64,000 bases of DNA, taken from Octopus sinensis (taxonomy: Eukaryota). A program made the position numbers and the translations under genes. Shown here piece by piece: positions 39,011 through 52,452 of the stretch (position 1 is the stretch's first letter; each line of letters starts with the position of its first letter). The stretch is taken from the NCBI RefSeq assembly GCF_006345805.1, contig NC_043006.1:4712001-4776000 (forward strand). The letters are read 5' to 3'. The notes under the pieces were generated by a model that did no database searches, had not been told where the DNA came from, and saw only the letters and a program-made list of their open reading frames with translations.

Positions 39011-40419
39011 TCGGTCTCCAATATTCATGACAGCGAGTTGGCAAAACTGTTAGCGCGTCAGGCAAAATGCTCGGCAGCATTTCTTTCGGCTTTTACACTC
39101 TGGGTTCAATTTCCGCTGCGGTCGACTATGTCTTTCATCTTTTCGAGGTCGATAAAATAAGTGCCAATTCAGCACAGGAGTTGACGTAAACGACAAGTCC
39201 CCCACTCCCAATTTCGAGCCTTGTGTCTGCAGTTGAAAGAATTATGATTATTATTGTAATTTTGTAACAGTGCAGAAATACGATATTGTTTCGAATTAAA
39301 AGAAAAAACAAACGATGGTCGTACCACATAGTTTAGGACTAGCTTCCGACGACTGTGAAACATACCCTCAGTTCTACAACTGAAGAATCGGAAATAGATC
39401 AATTACCTATATAAATAAACAGTAGGAGGCTAATAGGTCGAACGTTGTCCCTTCCATATATTTCCTAATTATCTAATTGTTGTAGAAACAAGTTTTTTTT
39501 TTTTTGCTGAAATAAAATAATTTCGATATAGACATTTAAAACTGACGGATCCCTTGTTCGGAGTGTTGTGATTCATATCTTTCTCTCTTTTTCTTTGCCT
39601 GTTCATCTCTCTTGTTTAAAGCAAAAAAAAAAAAACCTTCACAAAAATCAACAACAACAACAACAACAAAAAACTTCAAAAAACTATTCGGTTTCGTGTG
39701 TCATAAAATTGACGACTGCAACTACAGTTTGCAGAGATAACATCAAATTGGAATGTCTTCTATGACGTAATTTTGAAAACTTAGATCCGACTGTTGGCCA
39801 CATATGCTAATGATTAAGCAACTTGCTTCATTTACGGCCTGCCGCGATAAGGATCTGGCACCATCTTAGAAATATTAGATCAAAGACTATTAATTAGTTA
39901 GGGCTTTCCGTAATAGTGAAATTGTTAGAGATATTTTACGTTCTATCAGCCTCCTTCTCTCTGTCTCTCTCTCTCGCTCCTTACTCTCTCTACTTCTCTT
40001 TCTTAATCTTTTAAATAAGCTTCGCACTGACTTGTAAGCCTCAAGTTGGTAAAGTAAACGCTCATGTGTTTTCTTCAAGTGTTCAAATTCAGTGAATCAA
40101 TTCTTGAAACTTACAAAATACACGTTTATTCAGAATATGTTGTTTAGTCACATTTATAACGAGATTGAGCAAACCACTGATGAGAGACTTTTCAACTGCG
40201 ATCATTTCGCCTTGTTATATATCAAGGACAGCATCATTCAATGTAAATTTCCAAACGGTTGTGTGTGTTGAGTGAATCTGATTGCTATTTCTTGCAGGTT
40301 GGATCACTCCGTGGTTAGATTGAGCACATTATGTTTAAAGTGAACGTGAATGTAAATATAAATAGTCTAATTTCAGAGCAAGCTGATTGTGACGATTTCT
40401 TTGAATTTAGAACCTTCTG

Positions 40420-41695
40420 TTAGATTGTCAAGAAAGTTCTTGCGGTTTTTAACCTTTAAATTCAGATGCACATATCTCGGCTCAAACAAAACTTTATTAA
40501 TCGAAATAAACACCATCAGAGTCAACACACTTTTGCCAACGCGAAACAAGTTTATTTACGCCAGTAGCATAAAAATCCTGCGTTCTAGTGGCGATGAAGT
40601 CGTTGAAGGCGTGTTTGGCTCGTCTTGCTTTTTGAAGCATTTCTCAGGCAGGAAGTTGTCGAGATGCTTGAAAAAGTGGTAGTCGGTAGGCGAGAGGTCT
40701 GGTGAGTATGGCGGATGAGGCAGAGTTTCGTAGCCCAATTCGTTCAACTTCTGTAGGGTCAGTTGTGCGACGTGTGGCTGAGCGTTGTCGTGGAGAAAAA
40801 TTGGTCCTTTTCTATTGACCAATGGTGGCTGTTGTTATTGGAGTTTCTTATGCATTTCCTCCATTTGCTGACAGTACTTCTCTGCCGTAATAGTTTCGCC
40901 TGGATCCAAAAAGCTGTGATGGATGAGACCAGCCACAGACCAAGAAAAAGTCACCATGACCTTCTTTTGGTGCAACTTTGGCTTCGAGAAGTGTCGTGGA
41001 GCTTTGTCGGTATCCAACCACTGAGCTGAGCATCGCCGGTTGTCGTAAAGAATCTACTTTTCATCGCAAGTCACAATCCGGTCGAGAAACGGGCCACTCT
41101 TGTTGTGTAAAAGAAGGGAAGACGACACTTCAAAACGGCGTTTTTTTTTGTTGTCGTTCAATTCGTGCGGCACCCATTTCTCAAGTATTTTTGTTTTTCC
41201 AATCTCTTTCAAGTGGTTGGAAATTGTCGTGTACGTTACGTCTAATTCAGAAGCAAGCTCTCGAACCGTTGTGCGTGGATTGGCTTCGACTAAGGCTCTT
41301 AGTTGATCGTTGTCAACATCCGATTGCCGACCACTACGCTTATCATCTTCAAGACTCTCGTCACCGCTATTGAACCACCATTGTGCTGTACGTTCATAAG
41401 TAGTTCCTGGGCCAAACGCATCGTTGATATCGCGAGCTGTTTCAGCAACGTTTCGGCCTAGCTTGAACTGGAATAAAAACTTGTGCGAATTTGCTTTTCG
41501 TCCATGTTGTATTCAACGTTCCGGAAAAAATGGCCTAATTATTCAAAAAGAAAAAAGAGTAATATGATTAGATAGAGCGAAAAACGGGATTTAAAATGAT
41601 ATATGAAGTCAAAGTAATTTAACGAAAATTAATTTGAAAATACATAATTTAAAACCAAAATTAAAAATTCTGCAAGAACTTTCTTGACAACCTAA
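40420..41695 (-). mobile_element. Full-length mariner element (Hsmar1/cecropia-like), inactive
   Basis: TIRs ttagattgtcaagaaagttcttgc / gcaagaactttcttgacaacctaa, TA on the right flank, length about 1.28 kb. Confidence 0.95.
40497..41505 (-). pseudogene. Mariner DD34D transposase pseudogene
   Basis: WVPHEL, CDEK, KPKLHQKKVMV, HDNAQPH and HPPYSPDLSPTDYHFF motifs, broken by frameshifts and stops (ORFs 40556..40822 and 40835..41017). Confidence 0.92.
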
Positions 41696-43539
41696 TAACT
41701 AAAGTTTGGTCCCTTTAGGGCAAATACCTCGATTAGGTCGGTGTTAAGATGTAGTATTTGATACATCACCAGGTTGGACCGGCCTTAATTATCAAAGACC
41801 GGTATTGTAATTGGTGAACAAATTGACGTGACGTATAGACGTACGATTACCTGGAAATGTTGTTTGGCCTCACCTCAGCCTTAATGACTAAAGTCATTTA
41901 CGCGTATCATGTTGTATCTAAGATCATGTTATCCAATATGGTCTTCCTTTTCTAAAATAAAAAGGGTATGATTTGAAGGTGTTTCATCTGCTATTTCTAG
42001 CATGTTTAACCTTCGTAGAAAGCTCTTTGCTGTTCGATGCAATCTAGAAACGCGTTCCCATTAGAAAATTATGTTGCCTATTATGTTGACTGTTTCATAA
42101 GTGAGTTACACCTGATACATATAAAAAAAAATCCCTTTTGGATATTAGTGTTGTTTTGAGGGTTATTAAAAAAAAAATCAATACAGAAATATAAATGAGC
42201 TGTTTCAGACAAAAAAAGTTTTAAAAAGTCAGTAAAAAAAACAAACCAACAAACCCCAGAAAATACTTTAAAATACTGAAGCTTTTGGTTAGAACGTTTC
42301 TCTACAAACAATATTTTCAGCCAGTCCTTAGTCTGATAAGCACTCAATATTCAAATCGGTTATTTTAAGTTACTGGTCTTGATCTTAAGCGACCGTGGAA
42401 AAGCATTTTTTTATAACAACAACAACATCAGCAACAACAAAAATGCAGATGCAGGGCAGTAAAGATTAAAGCTTAAAGCATAAAATTTCAACGTGTTTAA
42501 CAGGATGAATATCATGTGAAAAGGAAATTATAGAAGTAAAATGATATCATTTTATGAAAAAAAAAAAACAGTAAAACAAAAAGCTATACGTAAAAAATAG
42601 TCTCTACCTTTGCAAAATGTTATTACGAGAAGAAGTTATAATATTACAAAATAAGGAATATTATATCTTTTGCTATGTAATTTAGTCAATATTCCTGTTT
42701 AGATGGAAATTTTTTTTCAAAAAGCTTAACGAGAATACAGTTTCACGTTGTGAAGCTGATGCAACTTAAATAGCCGCAGTTTCGCGTTTGATATTAAATA
42801 TACATGTTCCTGTGGTTTGCATATCTGATACAAGTTCTCGCTAATGACACATAAATACATGCATATATATATATAATACACACATACATGCATACATACA
42901 TGTATGCATGCAAACATCCATCCATCCATCCATCCATCCATCCATCCATCCATACATACATACATACATACATACGTACATACGTAAGTACATACATACA
43001 TGCATACATACATACATGCATACATACATACATGTATGCATGCAACCATCCATCCATTCATCTAGCCATACATACATACATACATACATACATACATACA
43101 TACATACATACACACATACATACATACATACATACATATTTTCATGTATATTTGCATTCAGACACAACTTAAGCACAAAGCCAACACTTTTGAGGGAAGA
43201 GGTTTACTCGATACTGTTTACCCCAGTATTTGACAGGTACATTTTTTTTATCGATCTCAGAGAGGTGTTAGGCAAAGTTAACCTGTGATTTGAACTCCGA
43301 ATGTAAAAACCCAGAAGAAATAAACGCAAGACTTTTTTTCTGGCGCTCTAACAATTCTTGCAGCTTGCTGCCTTTTACATTGACACAGACAAGAGGTGAA
43401 GCGACCCTTAATTCCTCCCTGACCTTCTACAGCCATTCCTCATCAACACGCTATCTAGACACCACAGGCCAAATCCGAATTGATTTAATGAAAGGAGATC
43501 TCGAAGGTACATTCCAATCTTGTCTCAACAGCAAGAAAC

Positions 43540-43695
43540 TCCGCAGGCGTGGTAGGAACCTTGCTTCGCTACCACATGGTCCCGGGTTCAGTTCCGCTGC
43601 GTGGCACATTGGGCAAGTATCTTCTACTTTAGCCTCGGGCCGACCAACGCGTTGTGAGTGGATCTGGCAGACGGAAACTGAAAGAAGCCCGTCGT
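43540..43695 (+). mobile_element. SINE family A, head fragment
   Basis: B box gggttcagttcc and ..gtgagtggatctggcagacggaaactgaaagaagcccgtcg. Confidence 0.8.
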
Positions 43696-44007
43696 AAATG
43701 AGAGAAGATCTCTCCTGGTGAAAGAAAAAAACATTCTTGAAATAACTAGAACTACATCTCAAGGACTGGCTCTACTTTTTGATGCTAGATAATATTTCGG
43801 CCTCCAGCATTTGCTGACACTTTACAAGCGAGGGACAACAGCATAGTACTACTCCGATATGTAAGACAACGCAGCTACTGCAGACACAGAAATCCTGGAA
43901 TGTATGCAGAGAGAAGCCACTTGATTGGTTTTAAATCCCTAATATATACAATCCGGCCTCTGACCCGCAGGAGTATGTATTCCTCGATATTGTTATGTCG
44001 CTCTTAT

Positions 44008-45248
44008 AATCCTTTCTACTATAGGTACAAGTCCTGAAATTTTTTGGGGAGGGAGAAAGTCGATTATATTGAGCCCAGTGCGTACTGGTGCTTATTTTAT
44101 CGATCCCGAAAGGGTGAGTGACAAAGTCGAACCTCGGAGGAATTTGAACTCAGAACGTAAACACGGACGAATTGCCGCAAAGCATTTCTCCTGACGTGCT
44201 GACGCCGCCTTATATCACTCTTAGCCTCTGGAATTTCGTCCCTGCTCATGTTATTGCTGCAGGGGTTGTATTTATATTTATAACTTAACCATATGAACTT
44301 TCTAAAATCTTTAACGAAGCTTAGAGAAACACCCAAGTACCTCAATTTTATCTACTAATTACTTCAGTCTACTGGAGCGATAAAAGTAGAATGAGGTATT
44401 TTTGCCTCTAGGCTGAAACAACTGTAAGATATTGTCCCAATTTATATTTTCTCTATGTTATATATTTTAATAATTACTGATATTTTTATATTTTATATAT
44501 TATATATATTTCTTTATTACCCACAAAGGGCTAAACACAGAGGGGACAAACAAGGACAGACATAGGTATTAAGTCGATTACATCGACCCCAGTGCGGAAC
44601 TGGTACTTAATTTAACGACCCCGAAAGGATGAAAGGCAAAGTCAACCTCAGCGTAATTTGAACTTTCAGTTTCCGTCTACCAAATCCACTCACAAGGCTT
44701 TGGTCGGCCAGGAGCTATTGTAGAAGTCACTTGCCCAAGGCGTCGCACAATGGGATTTATCCCAAGACAAAATGGGGGGCAAGTCTCTCATCCACACAGC
44801 CAGCCCATGCCTATAATTTTTTTTTATCAGTTTCATCTCAACGTCTACTCTTGAAAATAATTTCCTAAATGACATGCCTTTTTCGTGACAAGTCGACTTT
44901 GTCTTTCATACTTTCGTATGTACCAATGAAACACTAGGTCATGTAATCGACTACTTTCCTCTCTGCAAAGTTTAGACCTTGTGCCCATAGTAGAAAGGAA
45001 TAATATTAGTATTATTGAAGGTGGTGAGCTGGCAGAATCGTTAGCATACCGGACAAAATGCTTTGCGGTATTTTGTCCGTCTTCACGTTCTGAGTGCAAA
45101 TTTCGACTTCGACTTTCATCCTTTCGGGCTCGATTAAATAAGTACCAGTTACGCATTGTGGGTCCATTTAATCAACTTAATCCCTTCCCCTAAATTTGAG
45201 ACCTTGTGCTTTCAGTAAAAAAGATTATTATTACTATTATTATTATTA

Positions 45249-45282
<34 letters not shown>

Positions 45283-45500
45283 CATTATTATTATTATTAT
45301 TATTATCATTATTATTATTATTATTATTGTTGTTGTTGTTGTTGTTGCTGCTGCTGCTTTTGTTCCGCCGATCTCAACTTTCTCTTTCATCCTTTCGGGG
45401 TCGATAAATTAAATACTAGTGAAACACTGGGTTCGATGTAATCGATTAGTCCCCTCCCCACAAATTTGAGGCCTTGTACCAATAGTAAAAAGAATCATCA

Positions 45501-45562
<62 letters not shown>

Positions 45563-45785
45563 ATTATTATCATTATTATTATTATTTAAGGCTGCGAGCT
45601 TAGCCGTGTTTCGGTTCAAATTCTACTGAGGTCGACTTTGCCTTTCATCCTTTCGGGGTTGATTAAATAAATACCAGTTACGCTCTGGGATCGATGTAAT
45701 CGACTTAATCCCCGCTCCTAAATTTGAGGCCTTGCACTTCCAGTAGAAAAGATTATTATTAAGGCTGCGAGCTCGCAGAATCGTG
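44008..45785. mobile_element. Cluster of SINE B copies in both orientations, a SINE A head (44666-44812) and (TTA)n tracts
   Basis: Family B cores at 44008-44210 (-), 44510-44663 (-), 45018-45225 (+), 45360-45492 (+) and 45590-45760 (+). Confidence 0.8.
44307..44430 (+). ncRNA. Decayed type I hammerhead with extended helix II
   Basis: atct tTaACGA agcttagag ...~80 nt... ctctaggct GAAA c-aact-GTA agat. Helices I and II pair; the core has two changes from CUGACGA. Confidence 0.55.
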
Positions 45786-46379
45786 AGTTTTGGTCCTCGC
45801 CCTGTATACATTTATGCATACAGAAACACACACACACACTCAAGTGTTGGTGATTGACTGTCCTGAAGCAGCATCGCCATACCTCTCATAGGATTTATAC
45901 CAAATTTCTCAGGGAGATCCACATGCCATTCAGTTTATTGTACGAACAAATGAAGAAAATAATATCCCAGATCCCAGGTTCCCTTAGGGTAAAGCAAGAA
46001 TGTGTGAAGATATATAAAGTAACTGAAAATTGTAATGAAGTAGGAGTGATGGTGTGAGGTAGAGACATATCATTTCGTCACGTGTTTTTCTGCCTTCTCT
46101 CCTTAACTCTTTCTTTGATCTCTATCTCACATATCCACCATTTTCTTATGACAATAAATGCATGCATATTTACATGCATATACACAAGTATACATATACG
46201 CACATATACGTACACACAAACGTATATGTGTGTACGTATGTGTATATGCATGTAAATATGCATGCACATACATACATGCTTATATACACATAATTATACT
46301 TACATCTAGATGCATATATACAACGTATAATTTTTGAATGTTGCCGTTATTAAATCATTGTCAATATTTTAAAAATACC

Positions 46380-46515
46380 CAAATTCCCCCGAGGTCGACT
46401 TTGCCTTTCATCTTTTCGGGATTGATAAAATAAGTACCAGTTGAGTACAGGGGTTGATTATAATCGACTCACGCCTCCTCTGAAATTGCTGGCCTTGTGC
46501 CAAAATTTGAAAATC
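46380..46515 (+). mobile_element. SINE family B, 3' part
   Basis: Family core plus the ggccttgtgccaaaatttgaaa tail. Confidence 0.8.
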
Positions 46516-47399
46516 AATATTTGAAACACTTTGATTCGGACTGAAAGTTTTTGCAACGTTTACTGTTTCATGTATTATAAAAATTAACTTCCAGATTGAT
46601 ATAGCATAATCCCTAAATATTTTAGCTAGATAAACAAATTTAAATGTGAAATATAAAAATAAATTTTCTATCTTTTATGTAATTTGAAACTGTATATTAA
46701 CTTCTCGAAGACTTTTTTTTTTGAACGAGGAATTTTGATAACGACGACAGCATTGCATTGTATTGTGAGAATATATTTTGTGTGAACTAGAATTGTCTCT
46801 TTGTATTGTTACAGAGACTAGCACAGCACTTTAAATATACGGGATTTGATATCAATATATACACATTTAAATATGAAATCGTTCCCCTTGGGAGCTGAAA
46901 AAACTTTCCCACATTTCTGAAAGCATGATTTTTAAATGAGAAATATTAATATCATACTTAAATCTTTAACGGTTCTTGCCCAACGTTTATAGCCCAACCT
47001 CATTCTAGGACCTCAAAGTAATGTTTTATATTCCTATGCAACTATCGCAAAGCTTGCAAAAATTGCGTCTTTGAATATGATACAAACTGGAACAATACCT
47101 TGAAAGAGGGGATTCTCTTTGCTATTATTTTGTTTCTGTTCTCCATCCAGTTCTCAGCAACTTTCGCATTATCAACAAGATAACGTGACTGAAAGACTTA
47201 CTCTATCAGGCGCAAGAGTAAAAAAGCCACACATTGAGTTTATCTCTGCTAAGTAAACCTTATTGAAGAAACTGTACAATCCATGGCTGGTACAAGGGAC
47301 TTGAACAGTGTGGATTACCAGCTGCAGTAAACTTTCAGTCGGGAGATTCTTTAGGCAACAGCTTGTCCACGAAAATGAATTACTCTTCGTTCCGTGTAA

Positions 47400-48340
47400 A
47401 GATATTATACGGAGATCAAACGATTGGTAACATGTGACTTATGAGGAATAGTTTTCCTCGATGCTTGTGGCAGAATAGGCAAATCATTTTTGCTCGATCC
47501 GATTTTGGCAAAAATTTATTCACTCAAGCATGTTGCAAACTGCTTACATGTGGCAGGACTTCTCATTCTTTTTTAAGATGTCACGCAACCTTATTCTGTT
47601 TTTAAAATGCCACTTAACCTTGCACATACTGACAGTCCAGTGTACCATATTGGCAAAATGTTGTGTATATAATATAAAAAGCGGTTCTGAAGCATGCCAA
47701 GCTGACCGTATGAGATTAGGGTACAATTCCTCATAGACCTACATTTGAGACATTTAATTGCACCTTTAAAGCTCTCAAAGGCAGCACTAATATCCTTGGC
47801 GGAGTCACAGTCTTGTATTCAGGTGATTTCAGATAAACTCTGTAAGTGATTCCAAAGAGTACACCTGCTAATAAGGTAGAGGTATGTCTCAAAGAATCCT
47901 ATATTTAAGAGGCGGGAGGAAAATATCTTCATTTTCCTGTGAGTTGCACTTCACGAATATGTCTCAGAAACCTAGTTGCAATGATCAGTTACCACTTGTC
48001 ACTGAGACAGTAAACATATCAAGATACCAAAATAAATTCTTTATTTGTCTCTCATAAAATTATTGGAACCATGAACATGCCACCCTAACTCCTAAAAATG
48101 ACATTGTGCGAGATATGAATGCTACCATTATTCAACATGTAGCAGCCATATCTAGATGGTTCAAGTCAGTCCACACTGTAGCTTTCAGTGAGCGATACTG
48201 CTAGACATCCAACAGAGATTCTTAATTCTCTCAGGTCCACTGATGTCCTTCAAAATCTAGAACTAAAAGTAGGAGCACTCATTTATGTTACTACAAATTT
48301 TGGAAGTACCAGCTTTCTAACCGTCAACATTCATGTCCCA
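47400..48340 (+). pseudogene. Helitron RepHel Pif1-family helicase relic
   Basis: GGVTVLYSGDFR*TL*VIPK..CLKES, ATLTPKNDIVRDMN and HPTEILNSL..LELKVGALI match Helitron helicase motifs; many stops. Confidence 0.85.
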
Positions 48341-48940
48341 CGTTCCCGAAGCCAGTATTATCTTTCAAGAAAGATGCATTCATTCTGAGCATTTTCCTCA
48401 TTTTATTTCAGCTCAAGCGCGTCTAGCTTCTAGTGACAGAATCTTCTTCTTTTACTATCAACATAAGGCAGGAATAATCCCTAAGATTCACTGGAATTCA
48501 ATTAATAAATCCATATTTCTCTCATGTTCTGCTCTATGTTGCATGCTCAAGCAAATATCTTTTTGTCAGAGCTCTAAACTGAAGAACAAGAAATGTTATC
48601 TAACCTAACTCTCTTAAAACACATCTCTCTTAGAATTACTTCAGTTTTATGTATTTATTTACATAGCACCACGTAAAAATATCTAAAGTAAAAATATAAG
48701 ATTGTTACAAAGTGGAAATTATCAATAAACAGAGTTTAAATAGTTTCACACGTAACAGAAGCTTGTAAAATATGCAACCTTTGCATATTTACGTGCATTA
48801 TAATTTTAAAAAATCAAAAAGAATTTCATGAATGCTTACAATATATCAAAACAAAATCTTATAAAAGTCACTATTTCGACATATTAAGTACCTAGGAACA
48901 TTCAGACATACATATGTATACCCCAAAACATACGCATATA

Positions 48941-50170
48941 CAGGGGTTGGACAAAATAATGGAAACACCTTAAAATTTCAAACAAGTTTATTTTAATATT
49001 GTTAGGTCCGCCTTTGGCGGTAATTACAACTTGAGTTATGGGTAGTTTATTGAACATTTTAAAAAGGGTAATGTAATAAGTTTGAATTGTTTCCAAAGGA
49101 ATTTTTGTCCATTCTTCAGCTAAAACAATCTCCAGTTCTTGTATTGATGATGGTGGAGGATATCAATTCCTTACTTGTTTTTCTAAAATGCATCATAAAT
49201 GTTCAATAATATTGAGATCTGGTGACTGTGGTGGCCAGATAAGATGTTCTTCGTGCCATTCAGTAACACCTTTAGCTGTGTGAATTGGTGCATTATCATC
49301 CTGAAAGACTGCGTTTCACACCGGAAACAGTTCCGCAACCATAGAATGAATTTGATCAGATAAAATGCTTAAATAGTTTTGACTATTAATTCTTCCATGA
49401 AGGGAAGCCATTAGACTGGCGGATTGCCAAGATATAACCCCTCAGATCATCACAGATCCTCTTCCATGTTTAACAGTTGAAAGAGGGCAGTCTGGGTCAA
49501 ATGCTTCTTTTGGCTGTCTCCACCTGTATACTCGACCGGTGGTCAGAAATAAGGTAAAGGATGACTCGCCCGAGAAAATAACATTATTCTACTGCTCTCG
49601 GTACCAATTCTGTAGGTTTTTACTCCACTCTAAACGCTTTGCAATGTTTGTTCTTCAAAGTAGTGGTTTTCTGATTGCAGTCCTCCCTCGAAATCCGGCT
49701 TTGTGCAGCTCCCAGCGAAAGTTTTTGTGGAAACTGGGTTCTCGAGGTGGTCATTAAGCTCTGCAGTAATTTTGGGAGCTGTACTTTTGTGATCCTTTCT
49801 AACAATTCGCGTAAGAGTCCGACGGTCCCTAGCTGAAAGTTTTGGTATTCTTCGGGAGTTTTGTTTCGACGAGGAGGTTTTTTTCCTCTTTCTCAAAGGC
49901 TGTCATTACTTTCGAGACAGTACTTCTTGATACACCAAAAATTTCGGCACTAACAATTTGACCTCTTTGAATGTCCGATAGATCTGTCATTTTAATGAAT
50001 TTTAATTATCTTTTTCTGATGATATCTGGGAAGAAACAGTAATTTTAGCAAAACGCATTACGCAACATTAATAATAAAATCAAAAAAGCATAAAAGAAAC
50101 CAGCTTATGACGGTTTTATAGATATTTCAAAATTATGATGCTATGATGCTAGGTGTTTCCATTATTTTGT
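48941..50170 (-). mobile_element. Tc1-family transposon with disrupted transposase
   Basis: TA|caggggttggacaaaataatggaaacacct and a partial inverted copy aggtgtttccattattttgt; motifs [29 protein letters not shown] and [13 protein letters not shown]. Confidence 0.93.
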
Positions 50171-51089
50171 ATATGTATGAGTGTATGTTTCCATGTAGGA
50201 ATGACATACACATGTACATATACATACATACATACATACATATATATATATATATATGGCCACAGCTCATGAGCTGAAACTAGAATCAATCAATCAATCA
50301 ATCAATATATATATATATACATACATACCCGCGCACACACACACGTACGCACACACACACACACACACATAATGTCATGGGTATGACTTTAAACCGTTTT
50401 CGGGGCCCTGGTTCAGGAGTTCGAAAGATTTGAAGAGCGCAGAACCACCTCTTAGCCACTATTGCTTTTAGGTCTACTCTAACCCAGAATAGCAACATCT
50501 TTCAGGTTTACAGTTATGGGTTAATTAGAATATCACGGAGTTGCTTTCAGAAAAAGGTCGTCAAAGACACTCCTATGGACCAAACTTCAGAGCAGGGTTA
50601 CCCTACAAGAAGGTAACGCCATACAAATCCTGCATACTGATAACTACTGGGCTCGTGCTACTTATTGCACCGAACCGTTACAAATTTTTGAGGATGAGGG
50701 AGTGGCACTGGTTCGGCACAGAACATGCCCATTATAATAATAAACTCCTGATGCCTTATTGAACATTTTAAAAAGAGTAATGTAATAAGCTCCTACAGAA
50801 AATCCTGAGAGAGGGACCCTAAATTTACACTAAACCAACATGTAGCATAACCTTTAGATCCTGAATGCTGTGAATGTACTGACTTATCTTTCTTTCTAGG
50901 CGTAACCATGAGTGGAGAAGTGGCAAGTGTATTTGAGGACTAGGCACTTGCTTCTGGAAACAACTTCAGGGACAGCGCAAGTGGTTAAGTTGATGTCTTC
51001 ACAATATCGTCAACCAAAGGCGAAAAAGAATAACCATGTATACATATATACTATCTCAGTAACTAATAAAGGTAATAATAAACCTGTCT

Positions 51090-52452
51090 GTTATAAGCAC
51101 AAACCCTGAAATTTTGGGGCAGGTATCCAGTCGATTTCATCGACTCCAGTATTTGACTGGTACTTAATTCATCGACCCTGAAAGAATGGAAGGTAAAGTC
51201 GAACCTTGGCGGAATTTGAACTCAGAACATAAAGACGGACGAAATGCTGCTGAGCATTTTGTCCGGCGTGTTAATAATTCTTGTTTCTTTATTGCCCACA
51301 AAGGGCTAGATATAGAGGGGACAAACAAGGACAGACAAATGGATTAAGTCGATTACATCGTTCCCAGTGCGTAACTGGTACTTAATTTATCGACCCCGAA
51401 AGGATAAAAAGCACAGTCGACCTCGGCGGAATTTGAACTCAGAACGTAGCGGCAGACCAAATATCTATTTCGTTACTACCCACAAGGGGCTAAACATAGA
51501 GGAGACAAACAAGAACAGGCAGACGGATTAAGTCGATTATATCGACTCCAGTGCGTAACTGGTACTTAATTTATCGACCCCGAAAGGATGAAAGGCAAAG
51601 TCGACCCCGGCGGAATTTGAACTCAGAACGTAACGGCAGATGAAATACCGTTAAGCATTTCGCCCAGTGTGTTAACAATTCTGCCAGCTCGCCATCAATA
51701 GTAATGCTTTAAATTTTGGCCTGAAGCCAGTAAATTTGGAGAAAGAGAGGCAGATCTGTTGCATTGACCCCAGTAAATAACTGGTTCTTTATTTTATCGA
51801 CAAAATTGACTTCAGTGGAAAATGAACTCCGAACACAAAAGCTGAAGCAAATACTGCCAAGAATAATAATTGTTTGCTGCCTAGGTACAAAGCTTGAAAC
51901 TGATGGAAGTGTTAGTCGATACAATCGCGTCCAGTATTTGATAGGTACTTCATTTAATCGAACCTAGAAGGATGAAAAACAAAATCAAAGTTGACCTCGG
52001 AGGAACTGATCCAAAATGTTAAGAGTAGGAACAAATACCTATTTATTTACTACCCACAAGGGGCTAAACACAGAGGGGACAAATAAGGACAGACAAACGG
52101 ATTAAGTCGATTATATCGACTCCGGTGCGTAACTGGTACTTATTTAATCGACCCCGAAAGGATGAAAGGCAAAGTCGATCCCAGTGGAATTTGAACTCAG
52201 AATGTAGCGGCAGACGAAATACCTATTTCTTTACTACCAACAAGAGGCTAAACATAGAGGGGACAAACAAAGACAGACAAACGGATTAAGTCGATTATAT
52301 TGACACCAGTGCGTAACTGGTATTTATTTAATCGACTCCGAAAGGATGAAAGGCAAAGTCGATCCCGGTGGAATTTGAACTCAGAACGTAGCGGCTGACG
52401 AAATACCGCTAAGCATTTCGCCCGGCGTGCTAACGATTCTGCCAGCTCACAC
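51090..52452 (-). mobile_element. Two tandem arrays of SINE family B plus diverged copies
   Basis: Units at 51283-51695 and 52037-52452 are joined at gaaatac|ctattt, the same junction as in 37230-37975. Confidence 0.88.

Noticed and set aside
40177-40200. CTGATGAG motif
   Set aside because: No downstream stem plus GAAA.
40497-41505. Domesticated SETMAR-like gene
   Set aside because: No SET domain; the transposase is frameshifted and still enclosed by TIRs.
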